A stretch of 64,000 nt of DNA from Bacillota bacterium (lineage in GTDB: Bacteria > Bacillota > Syntrophomonadia > Syntrophomonadales > Syntrophomonadaceae): contig JAEWZB010000121.1 of the NCBI GenBank assembly GCA_023395515.1, positions 4,365 through 68,364 on the forward strand, given 5' to 3'. The notes below the pieces were generated by a model. The model saw only the letters and a program-made list of their open reading frames with translations. It was not told the origin of the DNA and did not search any database. Position numbers and translations under genes: made by a program. Positions 1-8,987 of the stretch are shown here, piece after piece; the stretch's first letter is position 1, and every line of letters starts with the position of its first letter.

Positions 1-83
1 AAGAAATTGATAAACTGATTAATAAAAACCCGGAAGATGCAGCCCAAGTACTGAGAATCTGGCTGGCGGAAGATATGAGGTGA
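1..83 (+). CDS. fliF: flagellar MS-ring protein FliF, C-terminal fragment (5' end outside window)
   Basis: The frame is open from the window edge and reads ...EIDKLINKNPEDAAQVLRIWLAEDMR. TGA at 81-83 lies 4 nt before the fliG ATG. Identity is inferred mainly from the conserved fliF-fliG order. Confidence 0.5.
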   Translation, partial: EIDKLINKNPEDAAQVLRIWLAEDMR

Positions 84-87
84 GAAG

Positions 88-1104
88 ATGGCAACTGCAA
101 CAAAAAAAGCGTTAAACGGTAAACAAAAAGCTGCCAATTTTTTAATTTTTCTAGGTCCGGAAAAGTCAGCCGAAATTTTTAAGCATATGAATGATGAAGA
201 AATTGAACAGTTGACTTTGGAAATAGCTAATGTCAGGCAGGTGTCAACCGAAAAAGCGGACGAAATATACCGTGAATTCTTTGAAATGTGTATTGCCAGC
301 CAATACATAGGGCAAGGCGGTATTTCTTATGCTAAAGAGATTTTGGAAAGGGCTTATGGCCAAGAAAAAACTATGGAGATAATCGGGCGTATTTCAGCTT
401 CTCTGCAAGTCCGCCCCTTTGATTTTATGCGCAATACCGAACCTTCGCAATTATTAAATTTTATTCAATCCGAACATCCACAAACTATTGCTCTGATACT
501 AGCTTATTTAGCTCCGGAAAAAGCTTCGATTCTTTTATCAGCTCTGCCCCCGGAAAGGCAATCCGATGTGGCTAAAAGAATAGCTATTATGGATACCACT
601 TCCCCGGAAGTAATAAAAGAAGTGGAGCGGGTTTTAGAGCGTAAGCTGTCCTCCTTAGGACCTCAAGAAATGACAGTGGCGGGTGGTATAAAATCAGTAG
701 TTGAAATAATTAACCGGGTGGATAGAGGAACTGAAAAAACTATCATGGAAGCCATGGAAGTTCAAGATCCTGAACTAGCCGAAGAAATTAAAAAACTGAT
801 GTTTGTATTTGAAGATATAGTTATTATTGACGACCGTTCTGTACAGCGGGTACTCAGAGAAGTTGAAAGTCAAGATCTGGCTTTAGCCTTAAAAGGAGCC
901 AGCAATGAGGTGGCCCAGAAGATATTTGGCAATATGTCGCAAAGAGCTTCCGATATGCTGAAGGAAGATATAGAGTTTATGGGGCCGGTTAGACTGCGTG
1001 ATGTAGAAGAAGCGCAACAAAGGATAGTAAATATAATCAGACGGTTAGAAGATACCGGAGAAATTGTGGTAGCCAGAGGTGGAGGAGATGAAATAATTGT
1101 CTAA
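88..1104 (+). CDS. fliG: flagellar motor switch protein FliG
   Basis: 338 aa. FliG hallmarks EHPQTIALIL and MFVFEDI, plus the charged C-terminal torque-helix region. Confidence 0.95.
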   Translation: MATATKKALNGKQKAANFLIFLGPEKSAEIFKHMNDEEIEQLTLEIANVRQVSTEKADEIYREFFEMCIASQYIGQGGISYAKEILERAYGQEKTMEIIGRISASLQVRPFDFMRNTEPSQLLNFIQSEHPQTIALILAYLAPEKASILLSALPPERQSDVAKRIAIMDTTSPEVIKEVERVLERKLSSLGPQEMTVAGGIKSVVEIINRVDRGTEKTIMEAMEVQDPELAEEIKKLMFVFEDIVIIDDRSVQRVLREVESQDLALALKGASNEVAQKIFGNMSQRASDMLKEDIEFMGPVRLRDVEEAQQRIVNIIRRLEDTGEIVVARGGGDEIIV

Positions 1105-1900
1105 AATTATTAAGAATTCATCTTTATCATCCAAACCTAAGCTTATTGAACTTACCGATTTACAAGAACTAAAAAAAACTTTAACGGCTAGCTTGGCTAG
1201 CCATGATAATAATAATTATTTAAATGAAATAAACGCGTTAAAAGCCGAAGGTGAGCAGATTCTAAAAGAGACTGAACAAATGGTTTTTGAGCTTCTGGAA
1301 AGGGCCCGAGGGGAAGCTAAAGAAATAATACTAAATGCCCAAGAAGAAGCTGATGTTATACGCAATGAAGTTTTTCAAGAAGTTAAATTACTAAGAGAGG
1401 AAGCGAAGACTTCCGGGTACGAAGAAGGATTAAAACTAATTCATGCCGAGATTGAAGCTGACCGGCAAAGAGCCCTGGAACAAAATGAACTTATCATAGA
1501 GGAAGCTCGTCAAACTAAGTTAAGCATGCTAAGAAGTGTGGAAGCGGATATGGTCAGACTAGTTATAGCTGTGACTAAAAAGGTTATAGCTAATGAGTTA
1601 TCTACCAATCCGAATTTAATAATAAATATTGTCAGAGATGCGATTAGTTATTTAGATAGTCCTGAAAATATAAAGGTTTATGTTAATCCGGCCCAGTTAG
1701 ATAATTTATTACGATTAATGGAGGAAGAGACTTTAACTGATATTGGCAGTAAGGAGATTAATGCCGAAGCCAAAGGGGATGCCAGAGTTTCTTGCGGCAG
1801 TTGTCTCATTGAAAGTGATAATGGATCTGTTGATGCCCGTATAGAAACTAAGCTGGATATTATTGAACAAGGTTTACAGGAAGTATCAGGAGATGAGTAA
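1097..1900 (+). CDS. fliH: flagellar assembly protein FliH
   Basis: 267 aa with an E/K/A-rich coiled-coil N-half. It overlaps the fliG end by 8 nt and lies directly before the FliI ATPase. Confidence 0.8.
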   Translation: MSKIIKNSSLSSKPKLIELTDLQELKKTLTASLASHDNNNYLNEINALKAEGEQILKETEQMVFELLERARGEAKEIILNAQEEADVIRNEVFQEVKLLREEAKTSGYEEGLKLIHAEIEADRQRALEQNELIIEEARQTKLSMLRSVEADMVRLVIAVTKKVIANELSTNPNLIINIVRDAISYLDSPENIKVYVNPAQLDNLLRLMEEETLTDIGSKEINAEAKGDARVSCGSCLIESDNGSVDARIETKLDIIEQGLQEVSGDE

Positions 1901-3224
1901 AGCGGCTGAAGTGAAAAATTTCCATAAATATTTTGAAGTTTTGGACCGTATATCGGCTTGCCAACTGAAAGGCAAGATTTCCCAAGCTATCGGGCTAACT
2001 ATCGAAGCTACCGGATCCCGGGTGAGTTTAGGTGAGCTTTGTTTTATAAGAACAAATTTTGCGGATAGAAAAGAGATACCAGCCGAAGTAGTAGGCTTTA
2101 AAGATAATACTATTCTGTTGATGCCTCTAGGTAATCTGGAGGGAATAGGGCCGGGTAGTGAGTTAATCGCTACGGGTACTACCCTAAGAGTTAATGTGGG
2201 ACTGGAACTGCAAGGCCGGGTTCTGGACGGTATGGGACAGCCCCTAGATGATAAAGGCCGAATAAAGACTAATATTAGTTATCCGGTCATGAACCAGCCC
2301 CCTAGTCCTTTAAAGAGAAAAAGAATAACTGAAGTGCTGCCGGTAGGAGTTAAAGCTATAGACGGGCTTATTACGGTGGGCAGAGGTCAAAGAATAGGGA
2401 TTATGGCCGGTAGTGGGGTAGGTAAAAGTACCCTGATGGGTATGATTGCCAGAAATACTGAAGCAGATATTAATGTTATAGCCCTAATCGGGGAAAGAGG
2501 CCGAGAAGTCAGAGAATTTCTGGAAAGAGATTTAGGTGAAGAAGGACTGGCTAAATCAGTAGTAGTTGTAGCAACTTCTGATCAGCCGGCTTTAGTTAGA
2601 TTAAAAGGGGCCTTTGTAGCTACCAGTATTGCTGAATATTTTAGGGACCAGGGTAAGGATGTTCTGCTTTTAATGGATTCCTTGACTAGATTTGCCTTAG
2701 CTCAACGTGAGGTAGGTCTGGCGATTGGTGAACCTCCGGCTACCCGAGGTTATACCCCTTCGGTATTTGCTTTATTACCCCGTTTATTAGAAAGAGCAGG
2801 TACTTCCGAACAGGGTACAATTACCGGCCTATACACAGTTCTGGTTGAAGGTGATGACATGAACGAACCTATTACCGATGCGGTAAGAGGTATTGTTGAC
2901 GGGCATATTGTTTTAAGCCGCCATATGGCAGCCATGAATATATATCCGGCCATAAGTGTAAATGACAGTATAAGCCGGGTAATGATAGATTTAGTTCCCG
3001 ATGAGCATTTGCAAATAGCTAATAAATTCAGAAGTGTTTTAGCTACTTATGAGGAAGCTAAAGATTTAATTGAAATAGGGGCTTATAAAAAAGGTTCCAA
3101 TCCCCTGATTGACGAATCAATCACTTTAATCGAAAAATGTCGTAGTTTTATTAAACAAGAGGTTTATCAGGAGGCTAAGTATAATGACACCTTGGAATTT
3201 TTAAAACAAGCAACCAGCAGGTAG
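1863..3224 (+). CDS. fliI: flagellum-specific ATPase FliI
   Basis: T3SS/F1-type ATPase with Walker A GSGVGKST and Walker B DVLLLMDSLTR. The ORF-track start is TTG 1863. ATG 1893 (MSKAAE...), overlapping the fliH stop, is an equally plausible start. Confidence 0.95.
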   Translation: MNKVYRKYQEMSKAAEVKNFHKYFEVLDRISACQLKGKISQAIGLTIEATGSRVSLGELCFIRTNFADRKEIPAEVVGFKDNTILLMPLGNLEGIGPGSELIATGTTLRVNVGLELQGRVLDGMGQPLDDKGRIKTNISYPVMNQPPSPLKRKRITEVLPVGVKAIDGLITVGRGQRIGIMAGSGVGKSTLMGMIARNTEADINVIALIGERGREVREFLERDLGEEGLAKSVVVVATSDQPALVRLKGAFVATSIAEYFRDQGKDVLLLMDSLTRFALAQREVGLAIGEPPATRGYTPSVFALLPRLLERAGTSEQGTITGLYTVLVEGDDMNEPITDAVRGIVDGHIVLSRHMAAMNIYPAISVNDSISRVMIDLVPDEHLQIANKFRSVLATYEEAKDLIEIGAYKKGSNPLIDESITLIEKCRSFIKQEVYQEAKYNDTLEFLKQATSR

Positions 3225-3232
3225 GGATATAG

Positions 3233-3661
3233 ATGCATAAGTTTGTATTTAAGCTGCAAAGAAAGTTGGATATTTCTAAACGTCAAGAAAAGATGGCCAG
3301 TGAGCATTTGGCTTTAAGGATGCAGGAAAGAAATGCCATTATAGATAATATTAATACCCAACTGGCTAGATTAAATGGCTTTGAAACCTCCATAAGAACA
3401 TTACCATTTAAAAAAACTTTAGTTATTAAAGATTATCTGCCGGTCATAAGAAATCATATAAAAGATTTGCATATAGAACTAGCCAAAGCTGAGGAAAGAG
3501 TGGAAACGGCCAGAAACATTTTACTGGAATGTAAAAAAGAAACTAAAACCTTGGTTAAATTACGAGAGAATGAGTGGAAAAAGTATTTGCAGGAACTTAA
3601 TTTAGAGGAACAAAAAGAAATAGATGAAATAGCTATTAATAATCATTTTAGAAGCAACTAA
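3233..3661 (+). CDS. fliJ: flagellar export chaperone FliJ
   Basis: 142-aa all-coiled-coil protein immediately after fliI. Position and size are canonical. Confidence 0.7.
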   Translation: MHKFVFKLQRKLDISKRQEKMASEHLALRMQERNAIIDNINTQLARLNGFETSIRTLPFKKTLVIKDYLPVIRNHIKDLHIELAKAEERVETARNILLECKKETKTLVKLRENEWKKYLQELNLEEQKEIDEIAINNHFRSN

Positions 3662-3682
3662 CCTGACATTGGGGTGTAGATA

Positions 3683-4270
3683 ATGGGCAACCTGCTTAAA
3701 ATTTTAGTATCGATCATATTATTTTTGCTTTTAGCAGCAGGAATTTTATACTTATTATTTTATCTTGATATATTAAAGCCACCGGCTTTTTTATCCGATA
3801 TACCTGTGATAGGAAAAATAATTACTACTGATGAAAAAAACCAGCCACCACCAAAACCAGATAAAGAAACTTTAGTTCAACAAGAGAATAATAATTTAAA
3901 AGAGACGGTAGAAAAAAAGAATGAGGAACTAAAAGAGCTGCAATCAGAAAATCAAGAATTAGAACAACAACTGCAAACCTTAGCCGAAAGCGAAGATAAA
4001 CTAAAAGATGAAATAGTGAATTTGAATGAACAATTAATTGACCTTAAGACTTTAAAAGATAATCAAACTGCTGCTTATAAAGATATGGCCAAGTATTATG
4101 CGGAAATGAATGCTAAAGATGCGGCTGATATTATTTCCCGCTTAGAAATGGAACATATTATCGGCATACTTAACCATATGAGTGCTGATCTGGTAGCAGA
4201 TATATTACAAAATATGGACAAAGATAAAGCGGCCGAAGTAACTAAAAAAATGTTGGTAGTCAGTCCCTGA
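3683..4270 (+). CDS. MotE/YlxF-like flagellar protein (TM helix, coiled coil, MgtE_N-like C-terminus)
   Basis: 195 aa. Hydrophobic N-terminus ILVSIILFLLLAAGILYLLFYL, an E/Q/L coiled coil, and a C-terminal DAADIISRLE...LVADILQNMDKDKAAEV. It occupies the same slot as B. subtilis ylxF between fliJ and fliK. Confidence 0.6.
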   Translation: MGNLLKILVSIILFLLLAAGILYLLFYLDILKPPAFLSDIPVIGKIITTDEKNQPPPKPDKETLVQQENNNLKETVEKKNEELKELQSENQELEQQLQTLAESEDKLKDEIVNLNEQLIDLKTLKDNQTAAYKDMAKYYAEMNAKDAADIISRLEMEHIIGILNHMSADLVADILQNMDKDKAAEVTKKMLVVSP

Positions 4271-4290
4271 TTAAGCAGATGCAATTATAC

Positions 4291-4340
4291 ACAAGGGGCT
4301 AAGAGTAAGGATTTCTAAGTCCTTACCCTTAACCCCTTGT
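4291..4340 (+). promoter_or_regulatory. intra-operon RNA hairpin upstream of fliK (no U-tract)
   Basis: ACAAGGGGcTAAGaGTAAGGA - tttctaag - TCCTTACcCTTAaCCCCTTGT: 19 bp with 2 mismatches and an 8-nt loop. An alternative stem CCCTTAAC (4326-4333) / GTTAAGGG (4339-4346) is possible. Confidence 0.6.
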
Positions 4341-4362
4341 TAAGGGAGATTATGTAAAGGAG

Positions 4363-5721
4363 GTGAATTTGAAAGTGGCAATGAATATGTTTGCATCTGC
4401 TAATTATGAAGTACGTCCGGTTGCGGCAGAACCTAAACCTGTACCCGCTCCGGGAAAGCCTAAAGCTAATTCTAAATCTAATTTTGAAAGCCTTTTGCAA
4501 AAGACTAACCATAAAAAGGCGGGGAGTCAAGATACTTCTGCAGCAGAACCTAAACCACCTGTAACCACAAATTCTGAGGACAATCAACTGATCATGTTAT
4601 TAACTGATTATCAGGAGCAATTAGGATTACTGCCAGATGGTGAGGTTAATCAAGAGCAGCTATTGCAACAACTAAGCATGCTTTTAGAAGCAATGGGCAG
4701 CTCTGATGTAAAGGACCTGGATGCTGAAGGACTGGATGTTTTAAAAACCAGATTAGCTGAGCTAATTAAACAAAATGGGACTATTATTCCTCCCCAGGAT
4801 ATGAAAGGGGAGACCCAGCCGGAAATACCCCCCCAGCTCTTAACTGGAAAATCGGATTTAACCTTAGATAATCAGACCAGAGTTAATGATGGGGAAAAAT
4901 TTACGGCCCGGGCCGTTCAAGACCCGGTTAAGGCCGAACCTCTAACTAACCTAGTAAAGCTGGAGACTAAACCGAAAAAAACGGAAGGAAACCGGCTAGC
5001 TGAAGATAAAGCCGAGGTAAAAGCTGAAAACCAAAACTCTACCGATATTAAAAGGTTAATGGCGGCAGAAGCTAACCGGTTTAGCGGGGTAAGACCATCA
5101 GCAACTACCGGGAACAGTTCCTTAATACCTGAACAAACGGCCGAGAATACCAATGAAGACGAGGGTATGCCGAACATCAATCTAAGTAAATTAGAGGCAA
5201 CTGCACCGAAGGTAGATAATCGGGTTTTTACTATGGCTAATAATAAACCTCTGGAAGCTAAAGAGCTTATTGACCAGATAGTTAAAAAAGCCGAGATATT
5301 ATTAAAACAGAATGCTTCCGAAATAAAAATTGACCTTAAACCGGAATTCCTCGGTAAAATGACGATTAAAATTGCCGTGGAGGAGGGCATACTTACCGCC
5401 AGGTTCTTGACTGAAAACCATCAAGTCAAAAATTTGCTGGAAAGCAACTTAAATACCTTACGGCAATCTTTAGAAGCACAAGGAATAAAGGTAGAGAAAA
5501 CCGAGGTTAATGTGCAGTTAAATAATGGTGGTTTGTTTGACGGTTCTGAAAATGGCAGGGAATCTAAGTGGGAAAGGCCTAATTACGTGATCAATTACCA
5601 ATCCCAGGAGCATGACGAGGATTACCTTCCAATAACAACTGATTTAATTAGTCCCGATAACCGCTCTGATGTAGAAGCTTACCAACCTTATGAAAATGCG
5701 TCCCTAAGTTTTCTGATTTAG
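4363..5721 (+). CDS. fliK: flagellar hook-length control protein FliK
   Basis: 452 aa. Low-complexity P/E/K/Q-rich N-part and a Flg_hook-type C-terminal domain (LKPEFLGKMTIKIAVEEGILTARFLTENHQVKNLLESNLNTLRQSLEAQGIKV). SD AAGGAGGTG lies just upstream. The start could instead be GTG 4372 or ATG 4381. Confidence 0.8.
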   Translation: MNLKVAMNMFASANYEVRPVAAEPKPVPAPGKPKANSKSNFESLLQKTNHKKAGSQDTSAAEPKPPVTTNSEDNQLIMLLTDYQEQLGLLPDGEVNQEQLLQQLSMLLEAMGSSDVKDLDAEGLDVLKTRLAELIKQNGTIIPPQDMKGETQPEIPPQLLTGKSDLTLDNQTRVNDGEKFTARAVQDPVKAEPLTNLVKLETKPKKTEGNRLAEDKAEVKAENQNSTDIKRLMAAEANRFSGVRPSATTGNSSLIPEQTAENTNEDEGMPNINLSKLEATAPKVDNRVFTMANNKPLEAKELIDQIVKKAEILLKQNASEIKIDLKPEFLGKMTIKIAVEEGILTARFLTENHQVKNLLESNLNTLRQSLEAQGIKVEKTEVNVQLNNGGLFDGSENGRESKWERPNYVINYQSQEHDEDYLPITTDLISPDNRSDVEAYQPYENASLSFLI

Positions 5722-5732
5722 GAGGTGAAAAA

Positions 5733-6323
5733 ATGAGTACTAATCCCATATGGGCACCGGTACCTTGGGGTACTAATCAAACCAACCAAGTAAACAGTCA
5801 GAAGGTAGCTAACGAGGATAAGTCTATTTTAGGTAAAGATGATTTCTTAAAAATACTTATAACCGAGCTAAAATACCAAGATCCTTTAGAGCCTATGGAT
5901 ACTAAGGAATCTATAGCTCAAATGGCTTCCTTTTCTTCCTTGGAGCAGATGCAAAACTTGAATCAGGGTTTTGAGAATATGGCCAACAGTATAATGAATC
6001 AGCTAGTTCCCAGCTTAATGCTGCAGCAAGCCAGTACCATGATCGGCAGAGAGGTTGCTTATGTAAATCCAGATTTAAATGAAGATACTCCTGAAGATGA
6101 AATGGTTTTAGTTGGACGGGTAAGCTCAGTATCAATAGTTGATGGTCAACCGGTTTATATTATCGGCAAGCATCAAGTGGCTTTTGGGGATATCTTGGAA
6201 ATGGGGCAGCCTTCTACTAATGATGATGCTTTAGCCAAGATATTAGAAAAGCTGGATAGCTTATTGGCCGCCTTAAAACCGGGGGAAGATGAACCAGGGG
6301 AAGGTGAAGAAGATGCAGAATAA
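5733..6323 (+). CDS. flgD: flagellar hook assembly/capping protein FlgD
   Basis: 196 aa with the FlgD N-terminal signature LGKDDFLKILITELKYQDPLEPMD. It lies between fliK and flgE. Confidence 0.85.
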   Translation: MSTNPIWAPVPWGTNQTNQVNSQKVANEDKSILGKDDFLKILITELKYQDPLEPMDTKESIAQMASFSSLEQMQNLNQGFENMANSIMNQLVPSLMLQQASTMIGREVAYVNPDLNEDTPEDEMVLVGRVSSVSIVDGQPVYIIGKHQVAFGDILEMGQPSTNDDALAKILEKLDSLLAALKPGEDEPGEGEEDAE

Positions 6324-6696
6324 AGTGTATTTTCCTCAGCAGCCCATACAACCCATAACTCCGAAGAAGAGTGAATCTGTTTCTAAAACAACGGCCGCTA
6401 ATACCACCAGCTTTGCCCAGGTATTAGATAACCAGTTAAATCAGGAATTAAAATTCTCCCATCATGCTAAAGAAAGGCTGAAAAACCGTAATATTGAGCT
6501 AAGTGAAACTGATCTACTCAAGCTTAACGATGCCGTAGCTAAAGCCCGGGAAAAAGGTTCTCGTGATTCCTTAGTTCTTATGCAGGATTTAGCTTTAGTA
6601 GTAAGTGTTAAGAATAATACGGTTATAACCGCAGTAGATGGGGAAAGCCTCAAGGAAAATATCTTTACTAATATTGACAGTGCGGTAATAGTTTAA
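6289..6696 (+). CDS. small conserved flagellar-operon protein (flgD-flgE slot)
   Basis: It more likely starts at ATG 6313, overlapping the flgD stop. FSHHAKERLKNRNI...DSLVLMQDLALVVSVKNNTVITAV resembles the 'flagellar operon protein' family seen at this position in Firmicutes. This is recalled from memory, not searched. Confidence 0.5.
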   Translation: MNQGKVKKMQNKVYFPQQPIQPITPKKSESVSKTTAANTTSFAQVLDNQLNQELKFSHHAKERLKNRNIELSETDLLKLNDAVAKAREKGSRDSLVLMQDLALVVSVKNNTVITAVDGESLKENIFTNIDSAVIV

Positions 6697-6719
6697 GGCT
6701 GGACCTCTGAGAGGAAGCC

Positions 6720-6749
6720 TTAAGGTGCGGAATGATGGAAGCACCTTAA
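6720..6749 (+). promoter_or_regulatory. RNA hairpin upstream of flgE with a GGA-GGA loop
   Basis: TTAAGGTGC - GGAATGATGGAA - GCACCTTAA: 9-bp stem and 12-nt loop containing two GGA motifs. It lies ~15-20 nt before the flgE SD AAAAGGAGG. Confidence 0.55.
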
Positions 6750-6782
6750 ACTAATTAAGCTAAAAAGGAGGTCATATACAAT

Positions 6783-8219
6783 ATGATGCGTTCAATGTAT
6801 GCTGGGGTTTCGGGTTTAAGAAACCACCAGACCAGAATGGATGTCATAGGTAATAACATTGCTAATGTTAATACCACCGGCTATAAGAAAAGCCGGGTAG
6901 TTTTCAAAGATACCTTGTATCAAAGTGTGCGGGGAGCTTCCAGTCCTACTGATGCCCGGGGGGGTACTAACCCTATGGCCATAGGCTTAGGTATGACTAT
7001 CAGCAGTATCGACCAGATTCATACCCCTTCCCCGGCTGCTGCTACTAACAAGACTACGGATTTGGCTATTGACGGGAACGGCTTTTTTATCGTAGATAAT
7101 GGCGGGCAAAAGTATTACACCAGAGCCGGTAATTTCGATTTTGACGAATGGGGCAATATGATAAGTCTTTCCAACGGTTACCGGGTTCATGGCTGGACCG
7201 CCGATCAGGATTGGAATATCGATACCTTAAAAGCTACCGGTACTATAGATATATCCGGTTTTAAAACTGTGGCACCCCGGGCCACTACGCAAATGAGATT
7301 TGAGGGGAATTTAAACTCCACTACTCAGGTATCATTAGCTGCTGGTACTCCGCCCGTGCATTTTGGGGCTGATATTAACAAGGGTACAAACATGCCTGTA
7401 GCAGGAGATGAGCCGGAAATAATAACCCCTAAAGAGGTTTATGATTCCTTAGGCAATAAGCAGATATTATATTTCAGGTACTTTAAGTATGAGGCTGCGC
7501 CAGGTAATCCAACGGCTACCCCGCCTGTTCCTCCTACAATTCGGTGGGCGTGTGATATTTGCAAAGACCCGGAATTTGAGAATATGGATGGTTATCAAGG
7601 CCATGAGGGTGATTTTTTCTCGGCGGTAAATATAGAAAATGGAACGGTCGATGGAAGTGGTAAAGGCTTTGTAAGAGTATATAATATCGAATTTAATGAT
7701 CAAGGCTTAATTAATAATCCCAGTAATGCCAATTATACATTGGTTATTGACCGCAGTGCCCATGGAGCCGAAGAAATGAAAGTTGATATAGACTTTGCGG
7801 CTCTTACTCAATGGGAATCAAAGTCCTCGGTTAAGGTACCTTATCAAGACGGCTATACTATGGGGAACTTAACTAGTTATACGATAGGTATTGATGGAGT
7901 TATTCAAGGGTTGTATGATAATGGAGAAACTAGAAATTTAGCCCGGGTAGCTTTAGTTAATTTCCAAAATCCCTCCGGTTTACTTCAAGTCGGCAGCAGC
8001 TTATACCAAGTCTCTAACAATTCCGGTGATCCTTTTGTGGGGGCCCCGGGTGACCAGGGGATGGGAGCTTTAATACCGGGCAGCTTGGAGATGTCTAATG
8101 TAGATTTATCCGAAGAATTTACCGATATGATTATAACCCAAAGGGGATTCCAGGCTAATTCAAGAATAATAACTACTTCCGATGAAATGCTGCAGGAGTT
8201 AGTTAACCTTAAGAGGTAA
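6783..8219 (+). CDS. flgE: flagellar hook protein FlgE
   Basis: 478 aa. N-terminal rod/hook signature MYAGVSGLRNHQTRMDVIGNNIANVNTTGYK and C-terminal LEMSNVDLSEEFTDMIITQRGFQANSRIITTSDEMLQELVNLKR. Confidence 0.9.
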   Translation: MMRSMYAGVSGLRNHQTRMDVIGNNIANVNTTGYKKSRVVFKDTLYQSVRGASSPTDARGGTNPMAIGLGMTISSIDQIHTPSPAAATNKTTDLAIDGNGFFIVDNGGQKYYTRAGNFDFDEWGNMISLSNGYRVHGWTADQDWNIDTLKATGTIDISGFKTVAPRATTQMRFEGNLNSTTQVSLAAGTPPVHFGADINKGTNMPVAGDEPEIITPKEVYDSLGNKQILYFRYFKYEAAPGNPTATPPVPPTIRWACDICKDPEFENMDGYQGHEGDFFSAVNIENGTVDGSGKGFVRVYNIEFNDQGLINNPSNANYTLVIDRSAHGAEEMKVDIDFAALTQWESKSSVKVPYQDGYTMGNLTSYTIGIDGVIQGLYDNGETRNLARVALVNFQNPSGLLQVGSSLYQVSNNSGDPFVGAPGDQGMGALIPGSLEMSNVDLSEEFTDMIITQRGFQANSRIITTSDEMLQELVNLKR

Positions 8220-8226
8220 GTTGTTC

Positions 8227-8256
8227 TTAATCCGGGGAGTTAACTCCCCGGATTAA
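8227..8256 (+). promoter_or_regulatory. perfect 13-bp hairpin immediately after flgE (no U-tract)
   Basis: TTAATCCGGGGAG - ttaa - CTCCCCGGATTAA, 8 nt after the flgE stop. It is followed by cggaactGAGGTGaatatATG (flbD). Confidence 0.65.
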
Positions 8257-8274
8257 CGGAACTGAGGTGAATAT

Positions 8275-8469
8275 ATGATTTATGTAACCAGGTTAAATGG
8301 GGAAAAAATCGCGGTTAATATTGATTTAATAGAAATAATGGAACAAACTCCCGACACTATAATTACTCTTACTACCGGTAAAAAGTTTGTGGTTAAAGAG
8401 GATATAGAAAAGATTCGGGAAGCAGTTATTAACTACCGTAAAGCTATTAATACCACACTTAAAAAGTAA
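8275..8469 (+). CDS. flbD: flagellar protein FlbD
   Basis: 64 aa. MIYVTRLNGEKIAVNIDLIEIMEQTPDTIITLTTGKKFVVKE is typical of the FlbD family. Confidence 0.85.
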   Translation: MIYVTRLNGEKIAVNIDLIEIMEQTPDTIITLTTGKKFVVKEDIEKIREAVINYRKAINTTLKK

Positions 8470-8487
8470 GGTAGGGGAGGGAAAACT

Positions 8488-8961
8488 TTGGCTGAAGATA
8501 AAACATTGGAAGAGAAACCGAAATCAGGGTTTGATTTTAAGATTATAGTAGTGGGATTAGTCATTTTCTTGATAGCTATGGGTGCTACTTATTTTATGAT
8601 AAAAAGTCTGATGACGCCTCTTTTACCTAAAGATGAAACTGCCCAAGCAAAAGAGGTTTTAACAGGAAATTTATTAGAAGTTGGCGAATTTACAACTAAT
8701 ATTGGTGACATAGCAGGAAGTAGATTTGTAAAAGTGGAAATATTCTTAGAAGTTACCGGTAAAAAAGGTAAAGAAAATACGGGAGAATTTATGCCTATTA
8801 TAAAAGACAGCATTTTATCTATATTGTCCTCTAAAACCGTTGCTGATCTGGATGTAAGAAATCGCGAGCGCCTTAAAGAAGAAATAAAAAGTGACCTTAA
8901 TGCCAAATTAGGCCAGAACACCATTAAGAGTGTATATTTTACCAGTTTTATTATGCAATAG
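8488..8961 (+). CDS. fliL: flagellar basal body-associated protein FliL
   Basis: 157 aa with a single N-terminal TM helix (IIVVGLVIFLIAMGATYFMI) and a FliL-type C-terminal domain. It lies before fliM. Confidence 0.8.
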   Translation: MAEDKTLEEKPKSGFDFKIIVVGLVIFLIAMGATYFMIKSLMTPLLPKDETAQAKEVLTGNLLEVGEFTTNIGDIAGSRFVKVEIFLEVTGKKGKENTGEFMPIIKDSILSILSSKTVADLDVRNRERLKEEIKSDLNAKLGQNTIKSVYFTSFIMQ

Positions 8962-8987
8962 TACCTCTTTATGAGGAGGGTTTATAA

